This document shows, one piece after another, positions 38,301 to 52,241 of a stretch of 64,000 bases of DNA. This DNA is from Octopus sinensis (Eukaryota). How positions within the stretch are numbered: the stretch's first letter is position 1; each line of letters opens with the position of its first letter. The stretch lies in contig NC_042998.1 in assembly GCF_006345805.1 (NCBI RefSeq), forward strand, positions 126,108,001-126,172,000, read 5' to 3'. A program made the translations under genes and the position numbers. Below the pieces are notes generated by a model. It saw nothing but the letters and a program-made list of their open reading frames with translations. It was not told the origin of the DNA and made no database searches.

Positions 38301-39878
38301 ATTATTTTAACAATTTTTTTCTCAGATAATTAGATATGAAAATATTATATCACATAAGATAAATTTAAGAAATTGAAAATCAAAAGTGAAGACATTCAAA
38401 AGTTTTATATATATATATATATATATATAATCAAAATTTTATTTGGTTTTACATAATAAATGTTATAAATATAGGCATTGCTTAGCAATGAATCTGTTAA
38501 AAAAAAACACAGTTCTTGTTTTTGAAATGAAGTACAATAGACTTATTGAAACAACAAACATGTAACTAGTCTGTTGTAACATAATCCCATTTTCTGATAT
38601 GAATGGAACTAGCAGGTGAATTTTCATTGATGCTTTTTTAGGATACAAATGAAAATATATATTTTCATTAAACCATTTCAAAATATGAGAAATGAATATA
38701 TACACTTTTACTTGTTTCAGTCATTTGACTGTGGCCATGCTGGATCACTGCCTTTAGTCGAGCAAATCGACCCTAGGACTTTTTTTGTAAGCCTAGAACT
38801 TATTCTATTGGTCCCTTTTGCCGAACTGCTAAGTTACAGGGATGTAAACACACCAGCATTGGTTGTCAAGCGATGTTGGGGGAACAAACACAGACATACA
38901 AACATATATACACACACACACACACATATGACGAGCTTCTTTCAGTTTCCACCTACCAAATCCACTCATAAGGCTTCTCTTTTCATGTGTTATAGATATA
39001 TATTCAGCCTCTTTGATACCTTCTCATTCCTCTTATTATTTGTACTACTGTCGACCATGCCTCTGACACCCATATCTCTATCATCAGTGCCTTTATCACT
39101 CATCTCTCAATCACTCTCTTCTTTTCACTCTCACTCTGCCATGCTGTTGGTATGAACAAGGATGGCAGTGAATCTCTCCTACTAAGGATGTCACAGGACC
39201 TGCCTGACCTCTCTCCAATGCTATTACTACCTCTCTCATCCTTATCACCTTAGCTTTCTTGCCTATCTCAAAGCCAATCTGATAGGCTCCTCATTCTTGA
39301 GAGGCCTCATCAGATTGGCAAGTACTCCTTCTGTACTCCCCTAGCTGTCAATATTGACAATTATCATTTACTTTCACTGAATTCATCCTCCTCAAATGTC
39401 AGATACAGTGATGGTAATAAATAGTGACAGTTTGGACAATTTATGCAGCATTGAAATAGAAACCACAGAGGAGTGAAAAAAATTTTTAAATTAAAAAAAA
39501 AAGAAGAAAAACAGCTAAAATTACCATCAATCAAAGTAAACAAAGATACTTATGGAATGAACTTAACTTGTCAAATAGAATGGCTGGTAATAAGATGCAA
39601 TGGTAGAATCTGGCTGTTCAATCTGTTGATAAAGAATTAACTACCTAAACCAGCTTTGACATTCTGGATTTTTTCTAAGATAACTATATTTCAAAATAAA
39701 CTATTGTAGTATTCAGCTAGTTTTTTTGTTTTTGTTGTTTAATCAAAAGCCAAATGCAATAGTTAATTTCAAGATATTAAATTCTCAGCTAATGCACACT
39801 AAAGTGAGTGGTCCTCAAGTAAAGAGAATTGATTAGCTTGTCTGCATGAAGACATGATGAATTTATGACTTTTTGCTC

Positions 39879-40105
39879 TCAAGTGATTTCAGTTGTATTT
39901 ACTGTTGAATCATTACAATTAGATTCAAATATGTCTTTCAGCCACTGATATAAATTACTTTCTGTATTTTTTGAAGCATCTGTAACATTTTCAATAGATT
40001 CAGGAATAAGCAGTGAACCTAATTTTAGCTCTGAATAAAGCCTGGTACGAATTTGTAGATAAACGCATGACATCTCTTTCTTATTCTTGCAAGACAACCC
40101 AACAT
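39879..40105 (-). CDS. PSTK: PSTK last coding exon
   Basis: tttttcttctcag acceptor in the required phase 1, open for 75 codons to TGA. Total CDS 1011 nt (336 aa) is a plausible PSTK length, but similarity here is weaker. Confidence 0.8.
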
Positions 40106-40489
40106 CTGAGAAGAAAAAATATATAATAAAATTAATGGAAACATCTTAATACACACACACACACACACACACACACATTCTATATTTATTCTATATTTTC
40201 CATGTATATGAGTCAATGAGCAACCTTTTATGAAGTCACATCACTTTTGAAAACCAACACCATGAACTTACATTTCACTCCATGTCTTCACTGCCATGAT
40301 TTTTTGAACAAGTAAGAAGCTTTGAACTCTAAATTCCAAGATACCATTCCTCTCAGTATGTGATAGGCTAATTTTGCCATAGATTTGCTCAAGCAAAAGC
40401 TGACAGGAGCTATATCTTACAGCGACATTAATGATGAGAATGACTGACATCAGTGTTAGCAGATTTAACATTAGCAACATCAACAATTA

Positions 40490-40710
40490 ATGTCCATTTT
40501 CCATGCTGGCATGGGTTAGATGGCTTGACAGGAATTGGCAAGAGCAGGGGCAGCACCAGGTTCCATAGTCTGTTTTGACTTGGTTTCTACAGCTGGGTGC
40601 CTGCCCTAATGCTGGCCACTTTACAAAATGTACGGGGTGACTTTTATGTGACACCATCACCAGTGTTTTTTACATGGCACCAGCAGCCACACCAATGCTT
40701 TTTATGTGGC
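40490..40710 (-). mobile_element. Older LINE 3'-tail fragment in PSTK intron 4
   Basis: aatgtccattttccatgctggcatggg...ccctaatgc signature. Similar decayed copies at ~19970-20050, 33610-33725 and 48750-48930. Confidence 0.7.
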
Positions 40711-40928
40711 AATATACAAAGAACTAATAGAACATGTGGTTAAAGTCATGATAGATAAAACAAACATCAGTTTTAAGACATTCATCCCCAAAAGCTAAAC
40801 AAATAGAAATTAAAATTAATGACAATTAATGACAGGAAGATGATTTATAAATAACTAAATTTTTAAAAACCTGTTTTATCTGATTAAACATGAGAAATGG
40901 AAAAAAAAAAACCTTTAGAAATACTCAC

Positions 40929-41095
40929 CTAAATCAGACATTTTCCCTGAAACCAGCTTTCGCAGAATTTGGTCTGCCTGATGTAAAGTGCTAATGGAAC
41001 ATTTAACACGACTTATCTGCCGAAGTTCCACGTTATCTGAAAGTGGTGCTGCTTTGTTTTGTCTGGCATTGTCAACCAAAGCCAACACATCATCT
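40929..41095 (-). CDS. PSTK: PSTK coding exon 4
   Basis: T-tract catccag/gtgagt. DNVELRQISRVKCSISTLHQADQILRKLVS matches PSTK DR..CS.N.LH..DQ.LRR.VS. Confidence 0.93.
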
Positions 41096-41822
41096 CTGGA
41101 TGAAAAAAAAGTGAGAATAGGAGAGGGATAATCATTTTTATAGAGAGAAGATAAATGAGATATTAGCAAAAAAAAAAAAAAATGTAATCACTTTTTATTC
41201 ATTTAACAATGAGTGATGCTAACAGAATTATTTTTAAATCTAGAATACTCTTAATCACATATGATTGTATCACAAAATCAAATCTTGCATAAGTCATTGA
41301 TCCAAGCAAGATATATTGCTTACTTTGCCTATTTGTACAGTCAGGTGATTACAGTTAGAGACTTGTTAGAATTCACAGGAAAATATTATATAAAAAAAAA
41401 CATATGTAAAAACTTTCAAAGAGTATTAATGCCTTTGGTGTTCAACACCAGTTTCATAATGTTAAACAGATAAGGGATAAATATCTCTCTTTCAAAATAT
41501 TGCACAAAATACCAGCAGTTGTTGCAAAGCTCCAGGTTATTCTTGATCAAGCAGATCTATGTTCAAAAGCATTCTAGATGTTATCATTCTAGGTTGGGTC
41601 TTTTTCTCTTTTAATGGGATGTCTAAGACTATATTATTAAATGCATTCTCATCTTTTTAGAGGAGATTTGGCTGCTCTTTCTAGCAGGTTGAGTGACCAT
41701 GTAAAGACCTCCACTGGCTAAGAATGCTTGCAATAAATAGATTTTAACCCATTAACATATTTACAAATGTTCAAATATGTAGCTGACACACATATATGAC
41801 ACAACGACAGATATCAACTTAC

Positions 41823-42015
41823 AAACAACAAATAGTCTGATCCTTGATGTACAGAGAATGAACTTCCCAATTTCTTTCAGATGGTGATGGTGGTTCAAAC
41901 TTTGAAGCCATTGTGTGAATCACTTCCTCAGGTATGGGGTTTGGCCTATGATTGTTCCTTTTCAATGCCAATTCTATGTTGCATTCAAGATAAACTTGAC
42001 AAAACCCAATACTAT
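41823..42015 (-). CDS. PSTK: PSTK coding exon 3
   Basis: ttttgttttag/gtaagt. YSIGFCQVYLECNIELALKRNNHRPNPIPEEVIHTMASKFEPPSPSERNWE matches PSTK YSLGFCQLFL.C...CL.RN..R...P...WE. Confidence 0.95.
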
Positions 42016-42539
42016 CTAAAACAAAAGAAAATGAATAATACTTAATTTTATTTACTGTTTTAAATCAGTTTTTCTATAGGGCGAGGTTTATATTAGAGGA
42101 TTTTACAGCTGAATGTTTTACCTATCACTAACTATTCAACTATGACGTTGGAGTAGTACTTGTTTACCTTCCTAACATAGATAGCTATAATAATACTAAA
42201 ATACCATGATCAAAAAGAAGAGAAAGGCAGAGATGGTCACAAGGGAAGAAAAGGAAAGTAATCATTGACATCATTTTCAACATTGTAGCTGTTTGTTCTT
42301 TCCTCACAGTGACATGGACTGGGGATAGCTGAAATAATAGAGCAGTGAACAATAACACAGCTGTAGCTAGATCAGTAAATCATTTGTTGAACTTCTGTTG
42401 ATTTAGATACATAACCTAGCTTTGATTTCTAATAGGAGCCACTTCACTCCACTGGAACCATTGTACACATTTTTTCCATCATGCTCTTCAGGTGTTTACT
42501 CAGCTCAATGTGTTATTATGGCAAGTCTGTAGGCTCATG

Positions 42540-43120
42540 AATAGACAAATTCATGCATTTTAAAAACAGATTCTCTCAGACAATCGAAACTGATGTTCTG
42601 ATTGAATATCTAACAACTGGTGTTGGTGGTAGCAAGGAATTCCAGGGGATTACATTTCTGGGTAAGAAGGACTGGGTGAACTGTTCAGTACATAGTCTAG
42701 AAGGTAAGAGACCAAAAGGGTGTTGGAAGGAGGATAGGTGAGTGGAAAAGTGGGTGTGGGTAGTATATAGCTAACTAGTTGAGAGGTATGGGAGTCATTG
42801 GAAGAAACAGTCTTCAAACTAGAGATTGTAAGCACATTAATGAATGAATCATTGTTAATCAGTCAAATGTCTTTCTTTCAAATGTGGTTTAGGATGGCTG
42901 TGCAACAGCAGCACTAGATGTGAGAAATACTCCAGTGTGGCTCTTACCAGAGGTCAGCAACTGATCAAGGGTAAAGTAATTCCTGATTCAGTTTTATGAT
43001 GTAGATTTACATGCGGGGCTGTCACGTGACATTGTTAGAAATTGTGTGGCATTTTGAGGGTTTTTACTGGCAATGAGATGAAAATGGCCAGGAACAATAT
43101 ACCCAGGGATGTTTGTGACA
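42540..43120 (-). mobile_element. CR1/L2-like LINE 3' fragment, very decayed
   Basis: RLCTEQFTQSFLPRNVIPWNSLLP. Confidence 0.5.
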
Positions 43121-46100
43121 TGTAAACTTAACAGTAAAGTGAGCACTAGCAAACTTGATGTAGTAAGCTAAGAGATTGTAATTGATTAAAATGTCTTATT
43201 ACACCAATATATTTATGTCTACTTTATGAATGAGATGAAAATTATCACAATTACAACATTGTTTCTGCATTCAAAATACTTAATGCAAAACAGCTGAGGT
43301 TCACTTAGTTTAAAATAAGTTGTTGTTGACTAAAGTCAACTCTGATCAGACAGATTAACACTCAAAGTTGTCCCAGCTGAGTATCCTATCTTTTTTCAGG
43401 AATTGAGTACCCAGGGCTACATTATCTAATGTATCATCTTGTAAGTGCAGTTACCTCCCTTGACAGCAGGTTAAAACAAGCTCGTGCTAGATGCCGCCAA
43501 CAGCGGTGGGATTCTGATACAAGGCCTTGCGACTTCCTCTTTTGTCATCTAGACGTTGGAGAGCAAAGACATGATCTAGTTGGCTCTCTTACAACACATG
43601 CCAACTAGCAGACATGAAGTAGTATACAGAAGATGAACATGACCTTCATTCATCAAACTCTTTCCTTTATTGTTCAATTGTATATGTTTGAGACCTTGAA
43701 TAAAGGTATTTAAAGTTACAGCCTTGTTATATGAATTCATTATACCATGTTCCTTTATCAAATGATATTACAGCCTTCTGAATGGAGTCCTCATTAGATG
43801 GCTTCAAGACCATTTTGGATGGTGATGTTGTCAGGTTGTCATCTAAAATCTTTTAAAACTGTAGAATATGTTTTAAAGATTTGTTTTCTATCTCTAATAA
43901 GATGAGCAATGAGAGAGACAGAGTATCTCTCAAGTTCTAAGTAGATTTTTCTTTTCTCTTTATAACACCAAGTCAGTTCTGATGAAATAGAACTATGATA
44001 AAAAGCATCCTAGCTATGACCATCCTGGTTTTAAGGAATACATTATCTAATGTGACATTGCTGTGATGGCAGAGTAAAATATTAGGGAAATTTAAGTGCT
44101 ATTTCTAGCAGGTTATTTGTAGGATATTGCAATTAACTTCTTTAAAGAAGCATAACATTGTAAAAGAGAAAAATGTTTCATTGGCTTGTGATGCAGAATT
44201 CATATCTTCTCGTGGGAATTTACCAGTGATAGAGTATGTTATCCAGAGAAGGAATTCTGTCAAATAAACTCCTAAATTAAAGGAAACAATTAAGAATCTG
44301 TGTTGGTTTAAGTTAAAGAGACTGAATAGAAGATTCAGGTTCAACTTAGCAAGATTGAGAGGGCTAAACTATGTATAGGTTACACACTTTCTAATGAGTA
44401 AAAGGGAGATTGAACCTTAATATCTGTAACTTTGGACCTTACAAGTATTGACAACGTTTATTCAAATCTTTTCTCATAAGAAAGTGCATGACTCAATCAC
44501 CTATACACAGTCTTGGCCTGTCGTTCTTGCTAAGTTAATTCTCAGCCCTCCTTTTGGTCTCTTTAATTTAAATCAATGACCCTGTAGCGTATTTTACCTT
44601 ATATTTCAACTAAACTATATAGAGCTCTCTTTTTTCTTCCTTGATAAGGGCCTGCATTTTGCTTTCCTCATAGTAATAATATTTATTGTAACTACCCCAG
44701 TATTTCTTGTAAAATTTGCATTATCTCTTAAATGAAAAGACAGACAACACATAACTGAAATGAATGGATGATAAAACACACTTGTCCAAATTAAGGCACT
44801 GATTATGCTAATTTTATTTGCCTTCATCGTCATTTCTTTGAAGGCTTTGTTAAAATACATTATTCATACATACACATAGATTTGCTATCAGGAACCTAAA
44901 ATATTTTCAGTGACATTAGTAGCTAAGATCCATTATAGACTGAAAACTATTATGTAAATAAATTATATTAATACATTATGGGTTATAGACACCTTATATT
45001 TGGTATGTCCAATAGGTTGTTCATATTTACAAATTCTTATTACTATAAATAAATTATATACTAGCTGTACTGAAAGTGGACCACTTTCAATACTGCTAGT
45101 AGAATGTTTTTGACTATAGGTATAAGCCTGAAATTTTGGGTGAGTGGCTAGTTGATTACATTAACCCCATTGCTTCTGGTATTTATTTCATTGAACTTGA
45201 AATGATGAATGGCCAAGTTGACCTCGATAGAATTTGAACACAGAACATAAAGACCGACAAAATTCCACAAGGCATTTTGTCTGGCATGCTAACAATTCTG
45301 CCAGCTTGCCACCATAATAATAATAATAATTTCTTTTATTTGTTATCAGAGTGATGGGTGATGGCAATACAAAGACAAAGTGTGGGGATGTACACAGAAT
45401 GAAATGATTTAAGAAAGGAAACAGTATACAAGGTATAACGTACTAACAAAAATAAATGCAAATATAAATGGTAGGTGGGGGGGGGGCAGCGTTACTAATT
45501 AAGGGACAAGGTTAGCAATTTTGAGGGGAGGGGATTAATCAATACCAACAACCCCAGTACTTGACTTGTACTTTATTTTTGTTGAGCCTGAAAGGATGAA
45601 AAGCAAAGTTGACCTCAGTGAGATTTGAACTCAGAAAATAAAGATCTGCAAGAAACATCACAAAGCATTTTCTTCGATGTTCTAAGGATTCTGCCAATCT
45701 ACTGTCATAATGATGAGGATGATAATGACCATAATTCCTAATATGGACACAAGGCCTCAGTATTTTTAGGGGATGGTTGTAGTCAGTTGTATTATTCCCC
45801 AAACATGGTTGACATTTGTTTTTTGTTTTTTTTTATCATACCCAGGGAGATGAGATACAAAGCTGGCTCCAATGGGATTTGAACACAGAGTTCACATGAA
45901 CATAACAAAATATTGTAAGACATTTAGTCAAGCCCTAACTACTCTGCCACCTCACCGTAGAAGTATAGTAGTAGTAGAAAAACAACAATAATATATCAAA
46001 GTCAATTCAGTCAACATTCTATCTCTTCTACAAATAAAATTTGGTACTGTGCCATGTGCAGTCAAAAGAAATCAATCTTTAATGAAATATGAGGTTAGTA

Positions 46101-46899
46101 TCGGTGGTCAAAATATCTCTTACTACTTTCATGATATTAAACAATGCTGTCATGTAAATTTGCCCAAACCATGTCATTGTGTGGCAAGAGGAAACATTAA
46201 AATGCTGTTAACCAAAATGAAAAGAGAAAAGAACAAAGGAAGTGGAGAAGCTGTTGTTGTTATTTACCTTCAGGTTGGACTTGATTAAGTAGAACTATGA
46301 TGAAAGGTGTTTCAAGTGCCATTATCCCAGTTTCTTTCTTTTTTTTTTGCTTTCATTGCAGACATACTATACTTATGACTACATTATCCAATGTATCTTT
46401 TTTTTTTTCCATTAAAAAATGATAAAGCAAGGTTTTAAGAAGTTTTAGCTGCTATTTCTAGCAGACCATGCAAATGTGTAGACACTTCATAATTAACAGG
46501 GTGCTTAGAAAGAGAGGATGAAAATAAAACCCCAGTACAGAAGATAAGTTTGTTAAGTTTGATCGAGTCCTGGAAAAGAAAATTACTGACCATCAGACCT
46601 ATGAGCAAACACAGGTTAGCCATAACCAGCACTAATTTAAGGGAATTAGTTTGGTATCTCTATGAAGTTGAATACGCATAAACAGAATGAGAGCAGGTTC
46701 GCAATGATATGGTGCTAAGGGAGAAGAAAAACACAGTGCAAATGACAATGCACAACATGTCCTAAAAAGAAAAGTATTGGTTGTGAAATGTTAGGAAATG
46801 AAAACTTAGACAATAACAATAATGAAATTATTGTGTTTAGTGCTCAGGTGCACTATAACTCATCAAAGGTGCATGTTGAGTACATAGAATTATGTACAA

Positions 46900-47262
46900 A
46901 AGTCAGGAAAGTGAACAGTGTATGAGTCATGATATACATGTGTGCATGCATATGGAGGGGGAACATCAGGTGTAGTGTAGGCGAATTTCAGGAAACATGG
47001 AGGTTTTAAAGGATGCAATGTCACGGCAACTAACAAATGATGCAGGTAGTTTGTTCTATGCTTCAGCAACTCTGAGTGTGAAAAAATATTTCTGAACGTC
47101 ATGAGAGTTGTGCTCTTTTCTGACTTTGTAGGCATGCCCACATGTGTTAGAAACATGGAGCTCACAAAGATGCTCAAGGTGGTTGTTGGTACGATAGTTA
47201 ATAATTTTGTGGGTGTTTACCAAGTCAGTTGGCAGACATCGGGGAAGCAAGGCGTTCAGATA
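46900..47262 (-). mobile_element. CR1-clade LINE 3' fragment
   Basis: DLVNTHKII...TCGHAYKVRK...KYFFTLRVAEA.NKLP C-terminal motif. Confidence 0.8.
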
Positions 47263-48072
47263 GCAGAAGGTTTGATTTGATTTTTGGTAGATGTAATCTG
47301 AAATGTATGTGTGTGAATGAGAGAGAAGGAGGGAGAGAGAGAGGGGAGAGAGAGAGAGAGAGATGGAGGAAGAAAATTGACACTACACAGTGAGTTATTG
47401 TCTAAATAAGGTAAGATACATTTACACTTTTAGAGAATATTTACAGTATTAAAGTTTTAAAACAGGCAAGCATTAGAGACAAGAAGATAAAATAACACCT
47501 TGATAATTTGTTTATATCCAACAATGCTAACATGCAAAAACTGTTGTAAAACAAAAAAACAAATTCCATCTGAAGGAAGTAAATCAACAAGAGTTGTAGC
47601 AGATACAGATAGGATAAAAGAAAGCAACCTCTTAGATATGGGTAAAAACACTGACAGGTTGTAATAAAATAAGCATCTCTCATCAATGGAATACCACATA
47701 GAAAATAAAATATAAAGAAAAGCAGAAATTCAATAAATTTATTATTATCAATTTTTTTTTTCTATGCTAGCATGAGTAGAATGGTTTTCTATAAATTTGG
47801 ATATCTGCATATTTTCTGATCAATATATTTTTTAACAACTAGCTATTCTTGTTTTCTTACTGACAACCATTTACTTTTAAAATAAGAGACCACCACCATA
47901 GCATCCCTACAAAGTAAAGAAAAGTTATGTACCTTGCTCAAGATCACAACAATATAGTAAAGTTAAAATTTAGTCAGTTAATAGATCAAAATATATAAGT
48001 TATTCATAACAAGCATAGACGAATTTATATCACTCCAATGATGAAGAGTTACAAAAATTGTGTGATACTTAC

Positions 48073-48313
48073 ACTTTCTGGCTAACTGATAGAAAGGATA
48101 TCGCATTCCTTGATAATACATATTATCATCTATGATAACCAACAAGTGAAATTCTTCTTTTTTCATGTCCTGCATGAAGCTATTGTTTATTTTAGCCCAT
48201 AGATCAGGGCACACATTAACAGGGATTTCTGCTTTACCATTTGGGAAAGTTTTGAGAATATTCTCAACACAAAGTACTATATCTTCCCGATATTTCTTCC
48301 AATTTGCAGCTCC
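48073..48313 (-). CDS. PSTK: PSTK coding exon 2
   Basis: attacag/gtaagt. LVIIDDNMYYQGMRYPFYQLARK matches the PSTK signature LDDNFYYQSMRYEVYQLARK. Confidence 0.96.
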
Positions 48314-49213
48314 CTGTAATGAAGAAATAATCATAATTTGAAACATAAAAGGAATAAAGTAACAAGCAAGAGAAGTGCTTTTCAATCTTTTAGCGGTGGC
48401 AAACATGCTTTTATTTCTCTAAAAAGGAGGAATACCTTATATAAACATACTTTTTAAAAATCTAAATACTGTACAGCCATTAAATAATATAGACTAGTGG
48501 TGAAAATAGGCAGTCAGTCTTTAATTTAAACCTGAAAATTGTGAAGCTCATGGCCAATAATTATTATGTAACCACTACCAAAACCATCATTTTAATGTTG
48601 TGTGTCAAGAGCAAATGAACTTGGTAGAGCTCATCTTACCTCAAGTTGTGAATAACAGATAGAATTGACTCACCAGGAATCAAACTTACATTACAAGGTC
48701 AGTTTACTGGAAGCTTACCAGTATTCCAGGGTGTTTACATCCAACACATATCATCATCATTTAATATCTATTTTTCATGCTGCTTGGCTGGATGACTTGA
48801 CAGGAGATGGTGAGCCAGAGGACTGTGCCAAGCTCTGCTGTCTTCTTTGGCATGGTTTCTAAGATTAGATGCTCTTCCTAATGCCAATCATTTTACAGTG
48901 TGTACTGGGTGCTTTTTATGTGGCACCAGCGAGGACATCAAGCAACTTGCAAGACAAGACCCCTCAACTGAGTGGGAGATAGTATTGAGGAAAATGGCTG
49001 TGTGTGTGTGTGTGAGTGTGTGTGCGTGCGTGTGTGGTGGTGGTGTTCTTTTAGTAGTTTAGTAGTTTAGTAGTTTCCATCACTAGCCTATGGCTAAGCT
49101 CTCAGATGCACCAGTATTTTATCTGGTGTTTATTTCCTTGATCTTGTATGGTATGAAAGACAAATCATTCCTGGCGTAAAGGAGGATAACTCAGCCAGAA
49201 TATAGCAAGACAC

Positions 49214-49422
49214 TTTATCTGATGCTATTTTGTTTACCAAATATGCACACACACACATGAATGTATTTATGTATGTATGCACGCATGATGAGTTTCAGCA
49301 GTTTCTGTACACCTATTACCATTCACAGGGCTATGGTAGAAGATCCTCTAGGTTAACACAGAAGTATTGTCTACAGAACCATGAGGTTGTACAGCAAACG
49401 TCTTAGCCACACAGCCACGCCT
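49214..49422. repeat. Local ~210-bp duplication, copy 1 (copy 2 at 50392-50608)
   Basis: Near-identical sequence including private mutations of a decayed SINE. Confidence 0.9.
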
Positions 49423-50391
49423 GTGCATCACAGTATATTGTTTTTATATTGATAGTTTATGGGGAACAGTATACTTCAGTGGACTCCACTAGTTAGAAAG
49501 ACTAAGAAAGTTTTGTAGGAAAAGACATAAAAAGCAAAGCTGTGACATTTTTATCTTTTCTAAGTGGAAAAGAAAAAGTGTCTTCAACGTAATCATGTAG
49601 ACGTTTCAATATCTGGAGTGCTGCACCCACCAAAGCACATTTTAGGTCAGCAAAATAAAGTTAAGCACTGAACAGGCAACAATTTACAACCACTGTTTTG
49701 TTGATAAGCTGTCTCCTTCTTCCAAAATTTCTATTGAAGCTACAGAGCCTCTCTATAGTTGTCCCTCCTCTAGAAGTAGCAGCAAACTCTCCCGACAATG
49801 AACCCCTGATGTCTGAAATAAGGATAAATACATTGGACAGTGATATACAAAAAGGGTGGGAAGGACATGACTGAAATTCCTTTGATCATATGTCTGCTCA
49901 GTCGGGACTGAGGCATAGGACTAAACAACTACATCGTTATCATCTCACAACCATCACTACCACCACCACCATCTACTACTCCAACTACAGCAGTTTTTGC
50001 CCATTTGATAGACAAGTGCTTTAAACTGTGTATCCAATATATTTTTACCAATCCTCCTTTTTCTAGATTTGCAATACTTTAGAATTTCCTTCCTGCTTGT
50101 GTTTTCATTCCTTGAGTCTACAAGAGAACCTCTACATGACCACTCAATTTGCACGAAGTAACAGTCACACCTCTTTTAAATGATGCCCTATTTCCCTAAA
50201 AAAAAATAAATAAAGAAAAAGGAAGACACATAGGAGACATTTGATATGTAATCCTACATATATGGTCATGGCTGGAAAATATTTGACCATGAATCAAGAT
50301 TATTTAGTGGTAATCTGGGGCTAAAGAACAATTTGTCATGCTTGTATCATCCAGTCATACACTGGTACTTCCCTAAGAGAGTACCCCAGTA

Positions 50392-50608
50392 TTTATCTGA
50401 TACTATTTTGTTTACCAAATGTTGTTATATGCACACACACACATGTATGTATTTATGTATGTATGCACGCATGATGAGTTTCAGCAGTTTCTGTACACCT
50501 ATTACCATTCACAGGGCTATGGTAGAAGATTCTCTAGGTTAACACAGAAGTATTGTCTACAGAACCATGAGGTTGTACAGCAAACGTCTTAGCCACACAG
50601 CCATGCCT
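50392..50608. repeat. Local ~210-bp duplication, copy 2
   Basis: Matches 49214-49422 apart from a small insertion and a few substitutions. Confidence 0.9.
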
Positions 50609-50739
50609 ATTTGAAGGATTAAAGATAAAGTCAACCAAGGCAGGATTGTACTAAAAAAAGTGTAGCTACCTCAAGGCATTTTGTCTGACAGCCTAGCCTA
50701 ATAATTCTACTAGCTTACCATTCTAACAACAACAATTAC

Positions 50740-51290
50740 ACTTTTCTAATTCTCTGATATCCCAGAGGAGACTTCTTGAACTACATAGTAATTTCTTAGA
50801 TTGGCACATCACCAAAACTTGTTGGGGAGAGTATAAGATTCTCTCCTGGCAAAAGGACAACCATAACACAATGGTCTATCTCTTTAGAGCCAGAAAATGC
50901 TTCAGCCCTCAAGAATTGTTAACACTTTCTATAAAGCTGAAAACAGGCCCCAAATGTAATATTGCTTCCACACTTAGAATGATGTCACTGCTATGCATAC
51001 AGACTGCATCTAGAAGAGGGCAACTTGACTTATTGGAATTAAATCACTATCAGCTTCTGATTCATAAATACTCATCTGTTCTCTTTTCATAACTATAATG
51101 GTTCCTATTCCTCAGAGCTACTGTTTTTGTACCTACACTTGTCTCTTTCCCTCTCATCACTCTTACTGCAAACCTCACAACTAACCATCATGCCCATGCC
51201 TTCCTTCTCAGATCATCTTTCCTATGGAAACTTCTCCCTGCAAGTGTTGATCTGAAACAGTTTAAACATGACATTAATGGCATCAAGCTC
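50740..51290 (+). mobile_element. CR1/L2-like LINE RT C-terminal fragment
   Basis: YLFRARKCFSPQELLTL and SSFLWKLLPASVDLKQFKHDIN. Confidence 0.65.
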
Positions 51291-52058
51291 CTTGGTCTCA
51301 GAGGGCCAGCAGAGATCAGAGACACTGCCTCTTCTTGCAGATTCAGCAAGTAATATGCATGTATGTATATATATATATATATTTTAGTTAAACTTATTTT
51401 TTTTTATAAAGCCTGGTATTTATTCTATTGGTTTCTTTTGCTGAACCACTAAGTTACAGGGATGTAAACACACCAACACCAGTTGCCAAGTGGTGGTGGG
51501 AGTCAGACACATATATAAACACACGCACACACACACAACAGGTACTTTTGCAATCAAACCATAATAGATAAAAGTCAAACCTTGCAGTATTTAAATTCCC
51601 CAAACACCTAAAGGTATTTTGTCAGGTGCTCTATAACTTCTGCCACTTCACTGCCAAATGTATATATCAGTAGTTTCAGTTACATAATAAAGGTTTATGA
51701 ATGTGAACATTAAAATATGGCACCTGAGGAGGGTTAGAGAATATACTAATAAAAATAATGATTGGAGAAAGTCAATATAATTGCCTTAATGAATTTATAT
51801 TATCACTTTGGTCATATTACCTGTATATCAGATATCATTTCGTGATATTTATATGTCTTTGACAGAAAAGATTTAATTCTTGTTTGGTCAGTCCTAATTA
51901 TGCAATACAATAGCAACGTCAAGAATATATAAAATTTATTTCATTAATTTGCTGTCTTGCAAGTGTAGGTTTGAAAGAAACGATCTCAGTAAGTTTGGGA
52001 CACTCTACAAAGAATAGTTTATCTAATGTACTGAGACATCAACATTCAAAATTTTTAC

Positions 52059-52241
52059 CTGTTGCACTAAGTTGGGCTTTTCTGTCAGGAAAGCAGTAAT
52101 ATTGTCTGGCATTAAGTCATCATATGAAAGATGAACAACATGATAGATGCTTTTGAACTCTGGTGATGCTTTCAGTCTTTTAGCCAAAGTTGTTTTACCA
52201 CAGGCAGGCAGACCACAAAGAATTAGTAAGCATGTATCCAT
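52059..52241 (-). CDS. PSTK: PSTK (L-seryl-tRNA(Sec) kinase) coding exon 1, P-loop
   Basis: MDTCLLILCGLPACGKTT contains Walker A GxxxxGKT, followed by YDD. Donor gtaaaa after 61 codons. Confidence 0.93.

Noticed and set aside
39273-39319. SECIS element
   Set aside because: The AUGA segment is Watson-Crick paired with no tandem G-A quartet, and PSTK has no in-frame UGA.
40268-40486. 72-aa ORF with a good donor inside PSTK intron 4
   Set aside because: In the phase required by exon 4 it reaches a stop; exons 4 and 5 join in frame without it, and it has no PSTK similarity.
43727-43849. Candidate PSTK terminal exon (ILDDNL...NEFI*)
   Set aside because: It lies upstream of well-supported exons 3-5 and is in the wrong phase for exon 2.
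51722-51765. Additional hammerhead (CTGAGGA gggttag...)
   Set aside because: No complete stem II, GAAA or cleavage-site helix could be built.
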